This document shows, in pieces, positions 42,453 to 51,340 of a DNA stretch of 64,000 bases (its first letter is position 1; each line of letters begins with the position of its first letter). Where the stretch lies: positions 474,903-538,902 of the forward strand of contig JAJHRG010000001.1 in the NCBI GenBank assembly GCA_020832905.1, read 5' to 3'. The position numbers and the translations under genes are program-made. The notes beneath the pieces are model-generated. The model had not been told where the DNA came from, did no database searches, and was given only the letters and a program-made list of their open reading frames with translations. This DNA is from Thermoproteota archaeon. Lineage in GTDB: Archaea > Thermoproteota > Methanomethylicia > Methanomethylicales > Methanomethylicaceae.

Positions 42453-43661
42453 ATGGCATTTAATAGAGCAAAAAGAGTTCCTTTTATAAGAGAAAAATTA
42501 AAGCAAATGAAAATAGATTCAATAAATGGTATTGAGGACTTAAAGAAACTTCCATTTACAACAAAGAAGGATCTTATTGAATGTTTTCCATATGGTGCTT
42601 TAGCAGTACCATTAAGAAAAGTTCTAAGAATTCATACATCATCTGGTACAACAAATAAACCTATTCCTACATTTTATACAAAAAGGGATTTAAAAATATG
42701 GTCTGAATTAATGGCAAGAGCATTTGCTTGTGTAGGTGCAAGAAAAGGTGATATATTCCAAAATACTACTTCACAAGGGTTATTTACAGGAGGATTAGGT
42801 TTAATTCAAGGAGCTGAAAGATTTGGTATAACAGTAATTCCTTTTGGTTCTGGTAATCCAGAAAAACAACTTGAAATAATGAGAGATTTTGGAGTTACTA
42901 TATTCCATGCTATTCCATCATTTGCATTACGCTTTATAGAAGTTTTAGAAAATCGTGAAGATCTTAGAAAATCTCTTAAGCTAAGAATAGGCATATTAGG
43001 AGCAGAACCATGGACAAAAGAAACAAGAAATAAAATAGAAGAAGGTCTTGGAATAGAAGCATTTAATAATTATGGTATGGCTGAACTTACAGGTCCTGGG
43101 GTTGCAATTGAATGTAGAGCTAAAAATGGACTTCATGTATGGGAGGATCATTTCATAGCTGAAATTATAGATCCAAAGACTGGAGAAAATGTTGATATAG
43201 AAGAAGAAGGTGAATTAGTAATAACACCTCTATCAAGAGAAGCAATGCCTTTAATTCGCTATAGAACAGGTGATATTACAAGATTTATTGAAGGTCCTTG
43301 TGAATGTGGAAGAACACATATAAAAATAGATTGGATTAAGGGGAGAATTGATGATATGATTAAAATTAGAGGAATAGGTCTATATCCATCTACTATAGAG
43401 AAAATAATTGCATCTCATAAAGAAACAAATGGTAACTTTCTTATTGTCTTATCTGGTATTGATGATATAATAGTTAAGGTAGAAGTTAATAATAGTATAA
43501 TTAATAATGCTACATTAGTTGAAAAATTAAAACAAGAAATATTTGAAGAAATAAAAAATGCTACACAATTAAGAACAATTGTAGAAATAGTTCCATCAGG
43601 TACTTTACCAAGAAGTGATGGAAAAACAAAAAGAGTATTAGACTTAAGGAGGTTGATTTAG
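42453..43661 (+). CDS. Phenylacetate-CoA ligase / coenzyme F390 synthetase family (PaaK-like adenylate-forming enzyme)
   Basis: 'LKKLPFTTKKDL', 'RIHTSSGTTNKP', 'GLFTGGLG', 'YGMAELTGPG', 'WEDHF' and 'RYRTGD'. Coordinates are those of the ATG-bounded ORF. PaaK-like coding sequence continues upstream to about 42384 in the same frame without a canonical start (see finding). Confidence 0.85.
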   Translation: MAFNRAKRVPFIREKLKQMKIDSINGIEDLKKLPFTTKKDLIECFPYGALAVPLRKVLRIHTSSGTTNKPIPTFYTKRDLKIWSELMARAFACVGARKGDIFQNTTSQGLFTGGLGLIQGAERFGITVIPFGSGNPEKQLEIMRDFGVTIFHAIPSFALRFIEVLENREDLRKSLKLRIGILGAEPWTKETRNKIEEGLGIEAFNNYGMAELTGPGVAIECRAKNGLHVWEDHFIAEIIDPKTGENVDIEEEGELVITPLSREAMPLIRYRTGDITRFIEGPCECGRTHIKIDWIKGRIDDMIKIRGIGLYPSTIEKIIASHKETNGNFLIVLSGIDDIIVKVEVNNSIINNATLVEKLKQEIFEEIKNATQLRTIVEIVPSGTLPRSDGKTKRVLDLRRLI

Positions 43662-43832
43662 ATGTTTTCTATATTAATTACTAAGTTAGCTATAAAAATA
43701 ATATCAAGTAGTGATAGAATCTTAGGAATGCTTCCAATAACATTTGTTTGCTTAATTATTCCCATTATAGTTCAGATATTAATACTAACATTATGGGCAC
43801 TTAAGTGGAAATCACCAGAAAAGGAGGGTTAA
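43662..43832 (+). CDS. Small membrane protein (56 aa) preceding second symporter, not in ORF track
   Basis: My translation is MFSILITKLAIKIISSSDRILGMLPITFVCLIIPIIVQILILTLWALKWKSPEKEG. The ATG directly follows the ligase TAG, and the stop lies 2 nt before the symporter ATG. Confidence 0.45.
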   Translation: MFSILITKLAIKIISSSDRILGMLPITFVCLIIPIIVQILILTLWALKWKSPEKEG

Positions 43833-43834
43833 AA

Positions 43835-45421
43835 ATGGATATTTTAGCTATTGGAGCAACTATTATTTACTTTATTGCAATTGGAATAATATCTTACTTT
43901 GGTGCTAAAAGAACAAAAACTTTAGCAGATTTTGTAGCAGCATCAGGAAGACTTGGATTCTGGACTTATGTTTTACTAATGGTAGGTTCTGTAACAAGTG
44001 GAATGACTATAATAGGTGTAGCTGGTACTAGTTTTCAAGGAGGATGGGCAAATCTTTGGGAAAGAGTAATTGGTCCACCATTTGCAATATCCTTCTGTAC
44101 AATATTAATAGGCTATAAATTATGGAATTTAAGAAAGAAATTCCAAATGCTAACAATACAAGATTATTTTGCAATACGTTATGAAGATCCTAAGATTATT
44201 AGAATGATTGCAGGTATAATTTCAGCAGCTACATGTTTTGCATACTTAATAGCTCAATATACTGCTATAGGCATAGTAAGTGAGGCTATACTTGGAATTC
44301 CATACTCTTTAGCATCATTTATTGCCTTAATTGTAGTAATTGGATATGTAATGACTGGTGGAATGTTTTCAACAGCTTGGACTACATTTTTACAATCAAT
44401 TCTAATAATCTTAGTAATTTTCATTAGTACTCCAATAATAATAAGTTGGATGGGAGGATGGATTATACTTAATGAATTGGTTTCTCAAGTACCTATATTA
44501 CAGCAAACTATAAGAGGAGTATCATCAACTTATCTATTTGCTCAATTCTTAGATAAACCCTTTGGACCAGCTGATATTCCATTAGTTGGTTGGGCTTATA
44601 ATTTAACATTATTTGGTATTACTGTACCATTAGGCTTAATGGTAGCTCCTCATATTGTAAATAATGTACTTTGTTTTAAAGACTCTAAATATACTAAATG
44701 GAGTCCTTTACTAACGTATGTTCTTTGCGTTCCAATAATATTATCTACATCAATTATAGGAATTGCTGCTAGAGTTGCATGGGCACAAGGTAAGCTAAAT
44801 ATTTCATCATTAATCCTTGAAGGTGGTGTTACAGTAGCATGGAATGATATGGCATTTCCAACAATAGCAAAAGTAGCTTTACCTTATGGTCTTCTTATGC
44901 TTTTATTACCATGTGTATTAGCTGCAGTAATGTCTACTACTGATAGATTATTAGTAACTGCTGCAAGTAATATTTCATATGATGTAATTAAGAATGCTAT
45001 AAGATCAACAATTTCAGATAAAGGAATAAAATGGATAAATAGAATAACAATTTTAGTAATAGGAATATTCTCATGGTGGCTCTCATTAACACCACAACCA
45101 ATGTTAGCATGGTTCATATGGGCTGCACTTTCATTAATGGTAAATTGTTTCTTCTGGCCAATAATTGGAGGTTTATACTGGAAGAGAATGAATAAGCATG
45201 CAGCAAGATGGTGTATGATAATTGGCTTTATTACTACATTACTATCCTTTGCTATATGGGGAAGGAATATTATAATTCCTGGTGTATTAGCAGTTTATGC
45301 AGTAGTTCCTGGCTTTATAGCAAGTACTTTAACTGTAATAATTCTCTCCTTTATAACAAAACCACAATCTGAAGAAGTACTTAAAGAAACTTGTACAGGA
45401 CTTTTCTTAAGAAGAAAATAA
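43835..45421 (+). CDS. Sodium:solute symporter family (SSF) transporter, copy 2
   Basis: About 528 aa and polytopic, with 'ASGRLGFWTYVLLMVGSVTSGMTIIGVAG'. ATG 43835 follows an AAGGAGGG Shine-Dalgarno, so the track GTG 43805 is rejected. Confidence 0.85.
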   Translation: MDILAIGATIIYFIAIGIISYFGAKRTKTLADFVAASGRLGFWTYVLLMVGSVTSGMTIIGVAGTSFQGGWANLWERVIGPPFAISFCTILIGYKLWNLRKKFQMLTIQDYFAIRYEDPKIIRMIAGIISAATCFAYLIAQYTAIGIVSEAILGIPYSLASFIALIVVIGYVMTGGMFSTAWTTFLQSILIILVIFISTPIIISWMGGWIILNELVSQVPILQQTIRGVSSTYLFAQFLDKPFGPADIPLVGWAYNLTLFGITVPLGLMVAPHIVNNVLCFKDSKYTKWSPLLTYVLCVPIILSTSIIGIAARVAWAQGKLNISSLILEGGVTVAWNDMAFPTIAKVALPYGLLMLLLPCVLAAVMSTTDRLLVTAASNISYDVIKNAIRSTISDKGIKWINRITILVIGIFSWWLSLTPQPMLAWFIWAALSLMVNCFFWPIIGGLYWKRMNKHAARWCMIIGFITTLLSFAIWGRNIIIPGVLAVYAVVPGFIASTLTVIILSFITKPQSEEVLKETCTGLFLRRK

Positions 45422-45447
45422 TTTCTTTTTCTTTTTCTTATTTTTTT
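45422..45447 (+). terminator. Pyrimidine/oligo-T-rich terminator candidate
   Basis: T5, T5 and T7 tracts in 'TTTCTTTTTCTTTTTCTTATTTTTTT' lie directly after the symporter stop. Confidence 0.3.
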
Positions 45448-45449
45448 CT

Positions 45450-46154
45450 ATGATAAATTTATTCATAGTAGGTCCTGCTGGTTCAGGTAAAACAACTCTT
45501 ACATACTCCTTTGGTAAATGGCTTGAAAAAGAAGGATATAGTGTAGGATATATTAATTTAGATCCTGGGGTAATATTACTACCATTTACTCCTTCTTTTG
45601 ATGTAAGAGAAATAGTAAATATAAATGAGATAATGTTAAATGAAAAATTAGGACCTAATGGTGCTTTAATAAGAGCTAGTGAAATCATAGAAAATAATAT
45701 GTCAAAAATTATTAAGAAGATAAATAGTATAAATTATGATTATTTACTCATAGATACTCCAGGACAAATGGAACTATTTTTATTTAGAGAAATGGGACCA
45801 CTTCTTTCATCTTCTCTTAATGGAAGAAAAGCCTCAATATTTATAATAGATCCATCATTTATGAAAAGAAAAAATGATTTCATTACATTAAAACTACTAG
45901 GAATAGTTGTTGAATTGAGACTAGGAGTTCCTTCTATTGAAATTATAAATAAATGTGATTTATTAGAAGAAGAAATTCCTTCTAGAATAGAAACAGGAAT
46001 GTTAGCTGGATTAGCAGAAGAAATTAGTGTTATTGTAGAGAAAATTGAAAAGAAAAAAAGAACTATTTTAGTTTCTGCAAAAGATAGTACTGGTTTTTTA
46101 GAACTTTATAGTGCTATAAATGAATTATTTTGTGTATGTGGAGATTTAACATAA
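45450..46154 (+). CDS. GPN-loop GTPase
   Basis: 234 aa with P-loop 'GPAGSGKTT', 'LGPNGAL' (GPN motif), 'DTPGQ' and 'NKCD'. Confidence 0.85.
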   Translation: MINLFIVGPAGSGKTTLTYSFGKWLEKEGYSVGYINLDPGVILLPFTPSFDVREIVNINEIMLNEKLGPNGALIRASEIIENNMSKIIKKINSINYDYLLIDTPGQMELFLFREMGPLLSSSLNGRKASIFIIDPSFMKRKNDFITLKLLGIVVELRLGVPSIEIINKCDLLEEEIPSRIETGMLAGLAEEISVIVEKIEKKKRTILVSAKDSTGFLELYSAINELFCVCGDLT

Positions 46155-46212
46155 AAATTTTTATAAAATTTATCTATTTTTTAATAATTATAAATTATAT
46201 TAGGAGATTTAA

Positions 46213-47118
46213 ATGGCTCAATTATCTTCACCTCAAAGAGAAATCATACTAGCATTAATTGAAATTTATGAACAGAAAAAATCATTTGTAAAAAGTAAAG
46301 AAATTGCTATGAAAATTGGAAAAGGCGAAGGTACTATTAGAAATATGATGCCTATATTAAGAAGTTTAGGTTTAGTAGAATCTATTCCAGGACCAAAAGG
46401 AGGGTATATTCCAACAAGTAAAGCTTATGAGAGTTTTAGCATTCCTAAACATCTTAAAATTCTTAAAATTCCAATTTATAGGAAAAATGGAGAAAATACT
46501 GGTATTGTAGTAACAGATATTTTCTTTAAAAGTGTTTATAGTCCAGATTTTTGTCAAGCTGTTATTAAAACAGTTGGTGATCTTTCTAAATTAAATCTTG
46601 GTGAGGAAATAATAATTGGACCAACATTATTTGGTAGAATGGTAATTGAGGGAAAAATAATTGGAAGAGATGAAATTCATGGAGAATTACTTATTGATAT
46701 TATAAATGTAATAAGTATTCCAAGAGAAAGTGTAAAAAATATAATGTCAAAAAGACTTGTAACTCTCAGATCAGATATGTCAATAAGAGAAGCAGCTTCA
46801 ATTATGTATAAGGAGTTTATAAGAGCTGCACCAATAGTAGAAAATAATTCATTAATTGGATTATTAACTAGCTCAGATATTGCAAGATGTTTAAGTGAAG
46901 GAAAAATTGATATAACTGTAAAAGAAGCTGCTACTCGAAAACCAATTACAATAAATCTAAATGAAGATATACTTGAGGCTATGAATAAAATGCGAAAATC
47001 AAGTATAGGACGTCTTATAGTTGTTGATGATGAAGGAAGACCTGTTGGAATTGTAACAAGAACAGACTTACTTTATAGAATGATTAAACCATTTGAAATA
47101 ATAGAATCTAAGAAATAA
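46213..47118 (+). CDS. Winged-helix + tandem CBS-domain regulator (COG2524-like)
   Basis: 301 aa. The N-terminal 'REIILALIEIYEQKKSFVKSKEIAMKIGKGEGTIRNMMPILRSLGLVES' is a wHTH. The C-terminal half has two CBS repeats ('IMSKRLVTL...APIVENNSLIGLLTSSDI' and 'PITINLNEDILEAM...LIVVDDEGRPVGIVTRTDL'). Confidence 0.75.
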   Translation: MAQLSSPQREIILALIEIYEQKKSFVKSKEIAMKIGKGEGTIRNMMPILRSLGLVESIPGPKGGYIPTSKAYESFSIPKHLKILKIPIYRKNGENTGIVVTDIFFKSVYSPDFCQAVIKTVGDLSKLNLGEEIIIGPTLFGRMVIEGKIIGRDEIHGELLIDIINVISIPRESVKNIMSKRLVTLRSDMSIREAASIMYKEFIRAAPIVENNSLIGLLTSSDIARCLSEGKIDITVKEAATRKPITINLNEDILEAMNKMRKSSIGRLIVVDDEGRPVGIVTRTDLLYRMIKPFEIIESKK

Positions 47119-47155
47119 TTAAAATTTATATCCCAATCTTAATATTTTTAATTTT

Positions 47156-47371
47156 ATGGAGTATACTCCAATAGTATTTTCACCATCTAAAAAATATTCA
47201 CCAAGAAAGAAAAGAGAAGGAAGAGGCTTTAGTCTCTTAGAATTAAAGGCTGCAGGTATAAGTGAAAAAGAAGCTAAGAAGTTAGGTATTAGAATTGATA
47301 AAAGAAGAAGAAGTTGCCATCAAGAAAATGTAGAACTCTTAAAGAATATTAAGAATAGTTCTAAGATCTGA
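47156..47371 (+). CDS. rpl13e: Ribosomal protein eL13 (L13e)
   Basis: 71 aa. '[32 protein letters not shown]' matches the eL13 core. Its 3' end overlaps convergent thrC by 33 nt. Confidence 0.75.
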   Translation: MEYTPIVFSPSKKYSPRKKREGRGFSLLELKAAGISEKEAKKLGIRIDKRRRSCHQENVELLKNIKNSSKI

Positions 47372-48541
47372 TGGTATTTCAATTGGTCTACCACATACTT
47401 TAATAACTTCTTCAGGATCTTTTAATAAATGACCAGTACCAATGCATACAACTTCACTTTCTTTATCTATCATATTGTTTAATACTGCTTTTCTAACACC
47501 AGCTACAGAAGCAGCACTTGCTGGTTCAACTCCTATTCCTTCTAAGCTTGCTATTAATCGTTGTGCTTCTATTATTTCATTATCACTTACAGTTTCACAT
47601 AAGCCATTAGATTCCTTTAATGCCATTACTGCTTTTGGCCAATTTACTGGATTTCCTATTCTTATAGCAGTAGCAATAGTTTCAGGATTACTTACTGGTA
47701 CTAATTTATCTAATCCCTTTCTTAACATATTAACTACTGGAGCAGCACCTTCTGCTTGTATTCCAAACATTCTTGGTAATTTATCAATAATACCTGCTTT
47801 ATAAAATTCCTTAAAACCTTTCCATATTGCTGAAATATTTCCACAATTCCCCATAGGAACTGCTATAATATCAGGTACATGTCCTAATTGTTCAATAATT
47901 TCAAAAGCTAATGTTTTCTGTCCTTCTAATCTCCATGGATTTACACTATTTAATAAATACAATCCCATTTTTGATGATAATTCCATTACTAATTTTAAAG
48001 CCTCATCAAAATTTCCCTTTACACTCATTACTTTTGCACCATGCATCATTGCTTGTGCAAGTTTTCCTAATGCTACTTTATTCTCTGGTAATATTACATA
48101 ACATTTTAATCCAGCTCTAGCTGCATAAGCTGCTAGAGAAGCTGATGTATTACCTGTTGAGGCACAAGCAACACTTTTTAAACCAAGACTTTTAGCTTTT
48201 GTAACACCAACACTCATTCCTCTATCTTTAAAACTACCAGTTGGATTCATTCCTTCATATTTTATATATAATTTCTTTACACCAACCCATTTGGCTAATC
48301 TATTACATTCATATAGTGGGGTTCCTCCTTCTCTTAAAGTTATAATTTCACATCCTTCTTCTATTGGTATGAATTCTCTATATCGCCATATATTAAATTC
48401 TCTTTTCTTAAATTCACTAAGAGAAACTTTTGGTATCTCCATTATTACATCAAGTAGAGAATTACATTTTTTGCATAAATATACAATTTCATCACTTCTA
48501 TATTCTGCACCACAATTTATACATTTAAGCTTAGGAGACAA
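47339..48541 (-). CDS. thrC: Threonine synthase
   Basis: 400 aa. N-terminal zinc ribbon 'CINCGAEY...CKKCNS', the PLP lysine region '[10 protein letters not shown]', and '[13 protein letters not shown]'. Confidence 0.9.
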   Translation of the reverse strand: MSPKLKCINCGAEYRSDEIVYLCKKCNSLLDVIMEIPKVSLSEFKKREFNIWRYREFIPIEEGCEIITLREGGTPLYECNRLAKWVGVKKLYIKYEGMNPTGSFKDRGMSVGVTKAKSLGLKSVACASTGNTSASLAAYAARAGLKCYVILPENKVALGKLAQAMMHGAKVMSVKGNFDEALKLVMELSSKMGLYLLNSVNPWRLEGQKTLAFEIIEQLGHVPDIIAVPMGNCGNISAIWKGFKEFYKAGIIDKLPRMFGIQAEGAAPVVNMLRKGLDKLVPVSNPETIATAIRIGNPVNWPKAVMALKESNGLCETVSDNEIIEAQRLIASLEGIGVEPASAASVAGVRKAVLNNMIDKESEVVCIGTGHLLKDPEEVIKVCGRPIEIPSDLRTILNIL

Positions 48542-49472
48542 GTTTTACACCATCCTCAGAATTTTCATGAATGGAATATTCTGATAGTATTCCATCTTCT
48601 TTTAGTATTGAAGAAAGAATTTCTCCAATTCTTTTTCCTTCTCCTTTTGGAACTAAAGCAAAAACTGATGGTCCAGCACCACTTATAGAAAAACCATAAG
48701 CTCCATTTTCTAAAGCTTTACTTTTTAATTCATAAAACTTTGGTATTAATTTAGCTCTAGCAGGTTCTATCACATGATCTCCTGAAATTCCTAATCCAAT
48801 AAGATTTAAATCTTTTTTCATTAATCCTATTATTAAATTACCAAATGATTGTACTTGATTTATCATAGTCTTTAACATTATTTCCTTTGGTAAAATTTCT
48901 CTTGCTATTTTTGTTTTTTCAACTCCAATTTCTATCTTTGGACTTAAAACAAGAATTTCAGCATTTCTTATTGGTTCTAATTTTATTATTTTTATAGGAT
49001 TAAATGATGATATAAAAGTAATTCCTCCAAATAATGCAGGTGCAATATTATCTATATGAGGAGATCCACAAGCAATTTTCTCTCCTTCTGTAGCACATTC
49101 AATTAATTCTTCTATTCTTAAAGGATTTCCTAATATATAATTAACTGCATAAGCTCCAGCTATAGATGATGCACCAGAGCTTCCTAATCCTCTTCTTGTA
49201 GGTATTTCTTTTATAATTTTCATTTTTATTGCAAAATTTTCTTTTTTTAATTTTTTAAGTACAGCTCTAGCGGCAACTATAGCAGAATTTCTATTTGGAT
49301 CTATAGGTATATCATTGGCATATAAACCTGAAACCTTTACTTCATCTTCTCCTTTTTCTTCTAAGGAAACCTCTACAATATCTCTTGGTCTATCTAAAGC
49401 CATACCTATTAAATCAAATCCTGGTCCTAAATTTGCTATTGTTGCTGGTACTGTTAATCTTATCGATGACAT
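48531..49472 (-). CDS. thrB: Homoserine kinase (GHMP kinase)
   Basis: 313 aa with 'PATIANLGPGFD' and 'IPTRRGLGSSGAS'. Confidence 0.9.
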   Translation of the reverse strand: MSSIRLTVPATIANLGPGFDLIGMALDRPRDIVEVSLEEKGEDEVKVSGLYANDIPIDPNRNSAIVAARAVLKKLKKENFAIKMKIIKEIPTRRGLGSSGASSIAGAYAVNYILGNPLRIEELIECATEGEKIACGSPHIDNIAPALFGGITFISSFNPIKIIKLEPIRNAEILVLSPKIEIGVEKTKIAREILPKEIMLKTMINQVQSFGNLIIGLMKKDLNLIGLGISGDHVIEPARAKLIPKFYELKSKALENGAYGFSISGAGPSVFALVPKGEGKRIGEILSSILKEDGILSEYSIHENSEDGVKLVS

Positions 49473-49556
49473 ATACTATCACAAAATATTTTCTTAGAAT
49501 ATTTCTAAAATTTTTCTGAATAATAAAAAATTTAAATTTAAAGTACAATCTATATA

Positions 49557-50219
49557 TTGATGAGTCAATTAGTTACAAATCAATTAACTACAGGTTTGGT
49601 AATTACTGGTGCTTATGCAGATAAAGTAAGAAAAACACTTTTTGCACAATTAAAAGATAATATAAAAAAAGGAGAAGTAGTATCTCAAGAAGTAGCAAGA
49701 GCAATTGCAGAACTAAATAAAGTATTATACTATATTTTTGTAGAAAAACTTAAGCTTGATAAAGGTGATGTTGTAAGAGTAAGAATTGAGTATACTATTG
49801 AAAATGGTAAAATAAAATGGAAATATGAGAATTTACAAATAGAAGTCTTTAAAAGACAAGATGTTTCCAGTATAATAAGTGAAATTATTCCAGAGATTGA
49901 GAAATTAATTATTCCAAATTATGTTATTGAACGTATATCTACAACAATTCTTGGTGATTACATATATAGGATAAAATTAAATGATAAAGATGTTGGTAGA
50001 ATAGTTTTAACTAAAATAGATGAAGAATTAGGAATTCTACATGGAGCAATAATAGAACCTTCACCATTATTAATAAATAAAAGAAAAGTTACTATAAAAG
50101 AGGATATAGATAAATTCTTATCGGAAAATTTAAGTAATTTTATATCATCTGCTCAAAATGTAGAAGTTACAGAAGCTGAAAAAGTAATAAAAAGCATTGA
50201 TGCTTTAGTAAGTAAGTAA
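49557..50219 (+). CDS. Conserved hypothetical protein
   Basis: 220 aa, TTG/ATG start, balanced composition ('GAYADKVRKTLFAQL...'). No motif I can assign with confidence. Confidence 0.5.
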   Translation: MMSQLVTNQLTTGLVITGAYADKVRKTLFAQLKDNIKKGEVVSQEVARAIAELNKVLYYIFVEKLKLDKGDVVRVRIEYTIENGKIKWKYENLQIEVFKRQDVSSIISEIIPEIEKLIIPNYVIERISTTILGDYIYRIKLNDKDVGRIVLTKIDEELGILHGAIIEPSPLLINKRKVTIKEDIDKFLSENLSNFISSAQNVEVTEAEKVIKSIDALVSK

Positions 50220-50257
50220 TAACTTTTATATACAGAATATTTGTAGAAAATTAACAA

Positions 50258-51340
50258 ATGAAAATCTTTCATGAAAAATTTGAAGAAATAAATCTTACAC
50301 CTGAAAAAGAAGATAAGAGAAGAAAAATATTAAGAGATAAAGTAATTCAATTAGACTTAGATAAAGTTATAACAATTAAAGATTTAGTAGAAGCATGGAA
50401 AAATTGTAGTATTCAATCTAGAAGTCTTGCAGAATGTGCAATTGTATATGAAAATATGCTTTTAGATGAAGATAATCCAATTATCTTTATTGGTCTTTCA
50501 GGAGCATTAATTGCTGGTGGATTAAGAAAAGTAATAAGTGATATGATATCAAAAGGAATTGTTGATGTTGTAGTTTCTACAGGAGCAATATTGTATCAAG
50601 ATTATTATTTAGCTCAAGGATATAATCATTATAAGGGTTATTTTGATATATCTGATGAAGAACTTCATTCTCTTTACATTAATAGAATATATGATACTTA
50701 TGTAGATGAAATTGGTTTTGTAGAATGTGATGAAAAAATAGCAGAATTTTGTAAATCTCTTGAACCAAGAGGATATTCTACAAGAGAATTTCTTTATATA
50801 CTTGGTTCTACAATAAGAGATGAAAATTCAATATTATTTAATGCTTATCGTTATAATATTCCTATTTTTTGTCCTGCTATAGCAGATAGTTCTATAGGTA
50901 TAGCATTAGCAGGATATTTTAGATGGGCAAAGGAAAATAATGTAAAAACATTTTATATTGATATTATGAAAGATAATTATGAAATTGCACAAATAGTATT
51001 AAAATCAAAGAAAACTGGAGCTATTTATATTGGAGGAGGTGTTCCTAAGAACTATATTAATGATGCTTCTGTAATGTTAAAATATACAAAAGGACATTAC
51101 TATGCAATTCAAATAACAACAGAACCACCACATTGGGGAGGATTAAGTGGAAGTACACTTGATGAAGCAAAATCATGGGGAAAAATTTCAGAAAAAGCAA
51201 GAAGAGCTATAGTATATTCAGAAGCTACTATTGCTCTTCCTCTTATAGTAGGATATATATTTCAAAAAGGTCTTTATAAAAATAGAAAAAGACCAAAATT
51301 TATTTGGTTAGATAATGGTGATTTAGATATTCAATATTAA
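50258..51340 (+). CDS. dys: Deoxyhypusine synthase
   Basis: 360 aa with 'IFIGLSGALIAGGLRKVI', 'VDVVVSTGA' and 'GGGVPKNY'. Confidence 0.9.
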   Translation: MKIFHEKFEEINLTPEKEDKRRKILRDKVIQLDLDKVITIKDLVEAWKNCSIQSRSLAECAIVYENMLLDEDNPIIFIGLSGALIAGGLRKVISDMISKGIVDVVVSTGAILYQDYYLAQGYNHYKGYFDISDEELHSLYINRIYDTYVDEIGFVECDEKIAEFCKSLEPRGYSTREFLYILGSTIRDENSILFNAYRYNIPIFCPAIADSSIGIALAGYFRWAKENNVKTFYIDIMKDNYEIAQIVLKSKKTGAIYIGGGVPKNYINDASVMLKYTKGHYYAIQITTEPPHWGGLSGSTLDEAKSWGKISEKARRAIVYSEATIALPLIVGYIFQKGLYKNRKRPKFIWLDNGDLDIQY

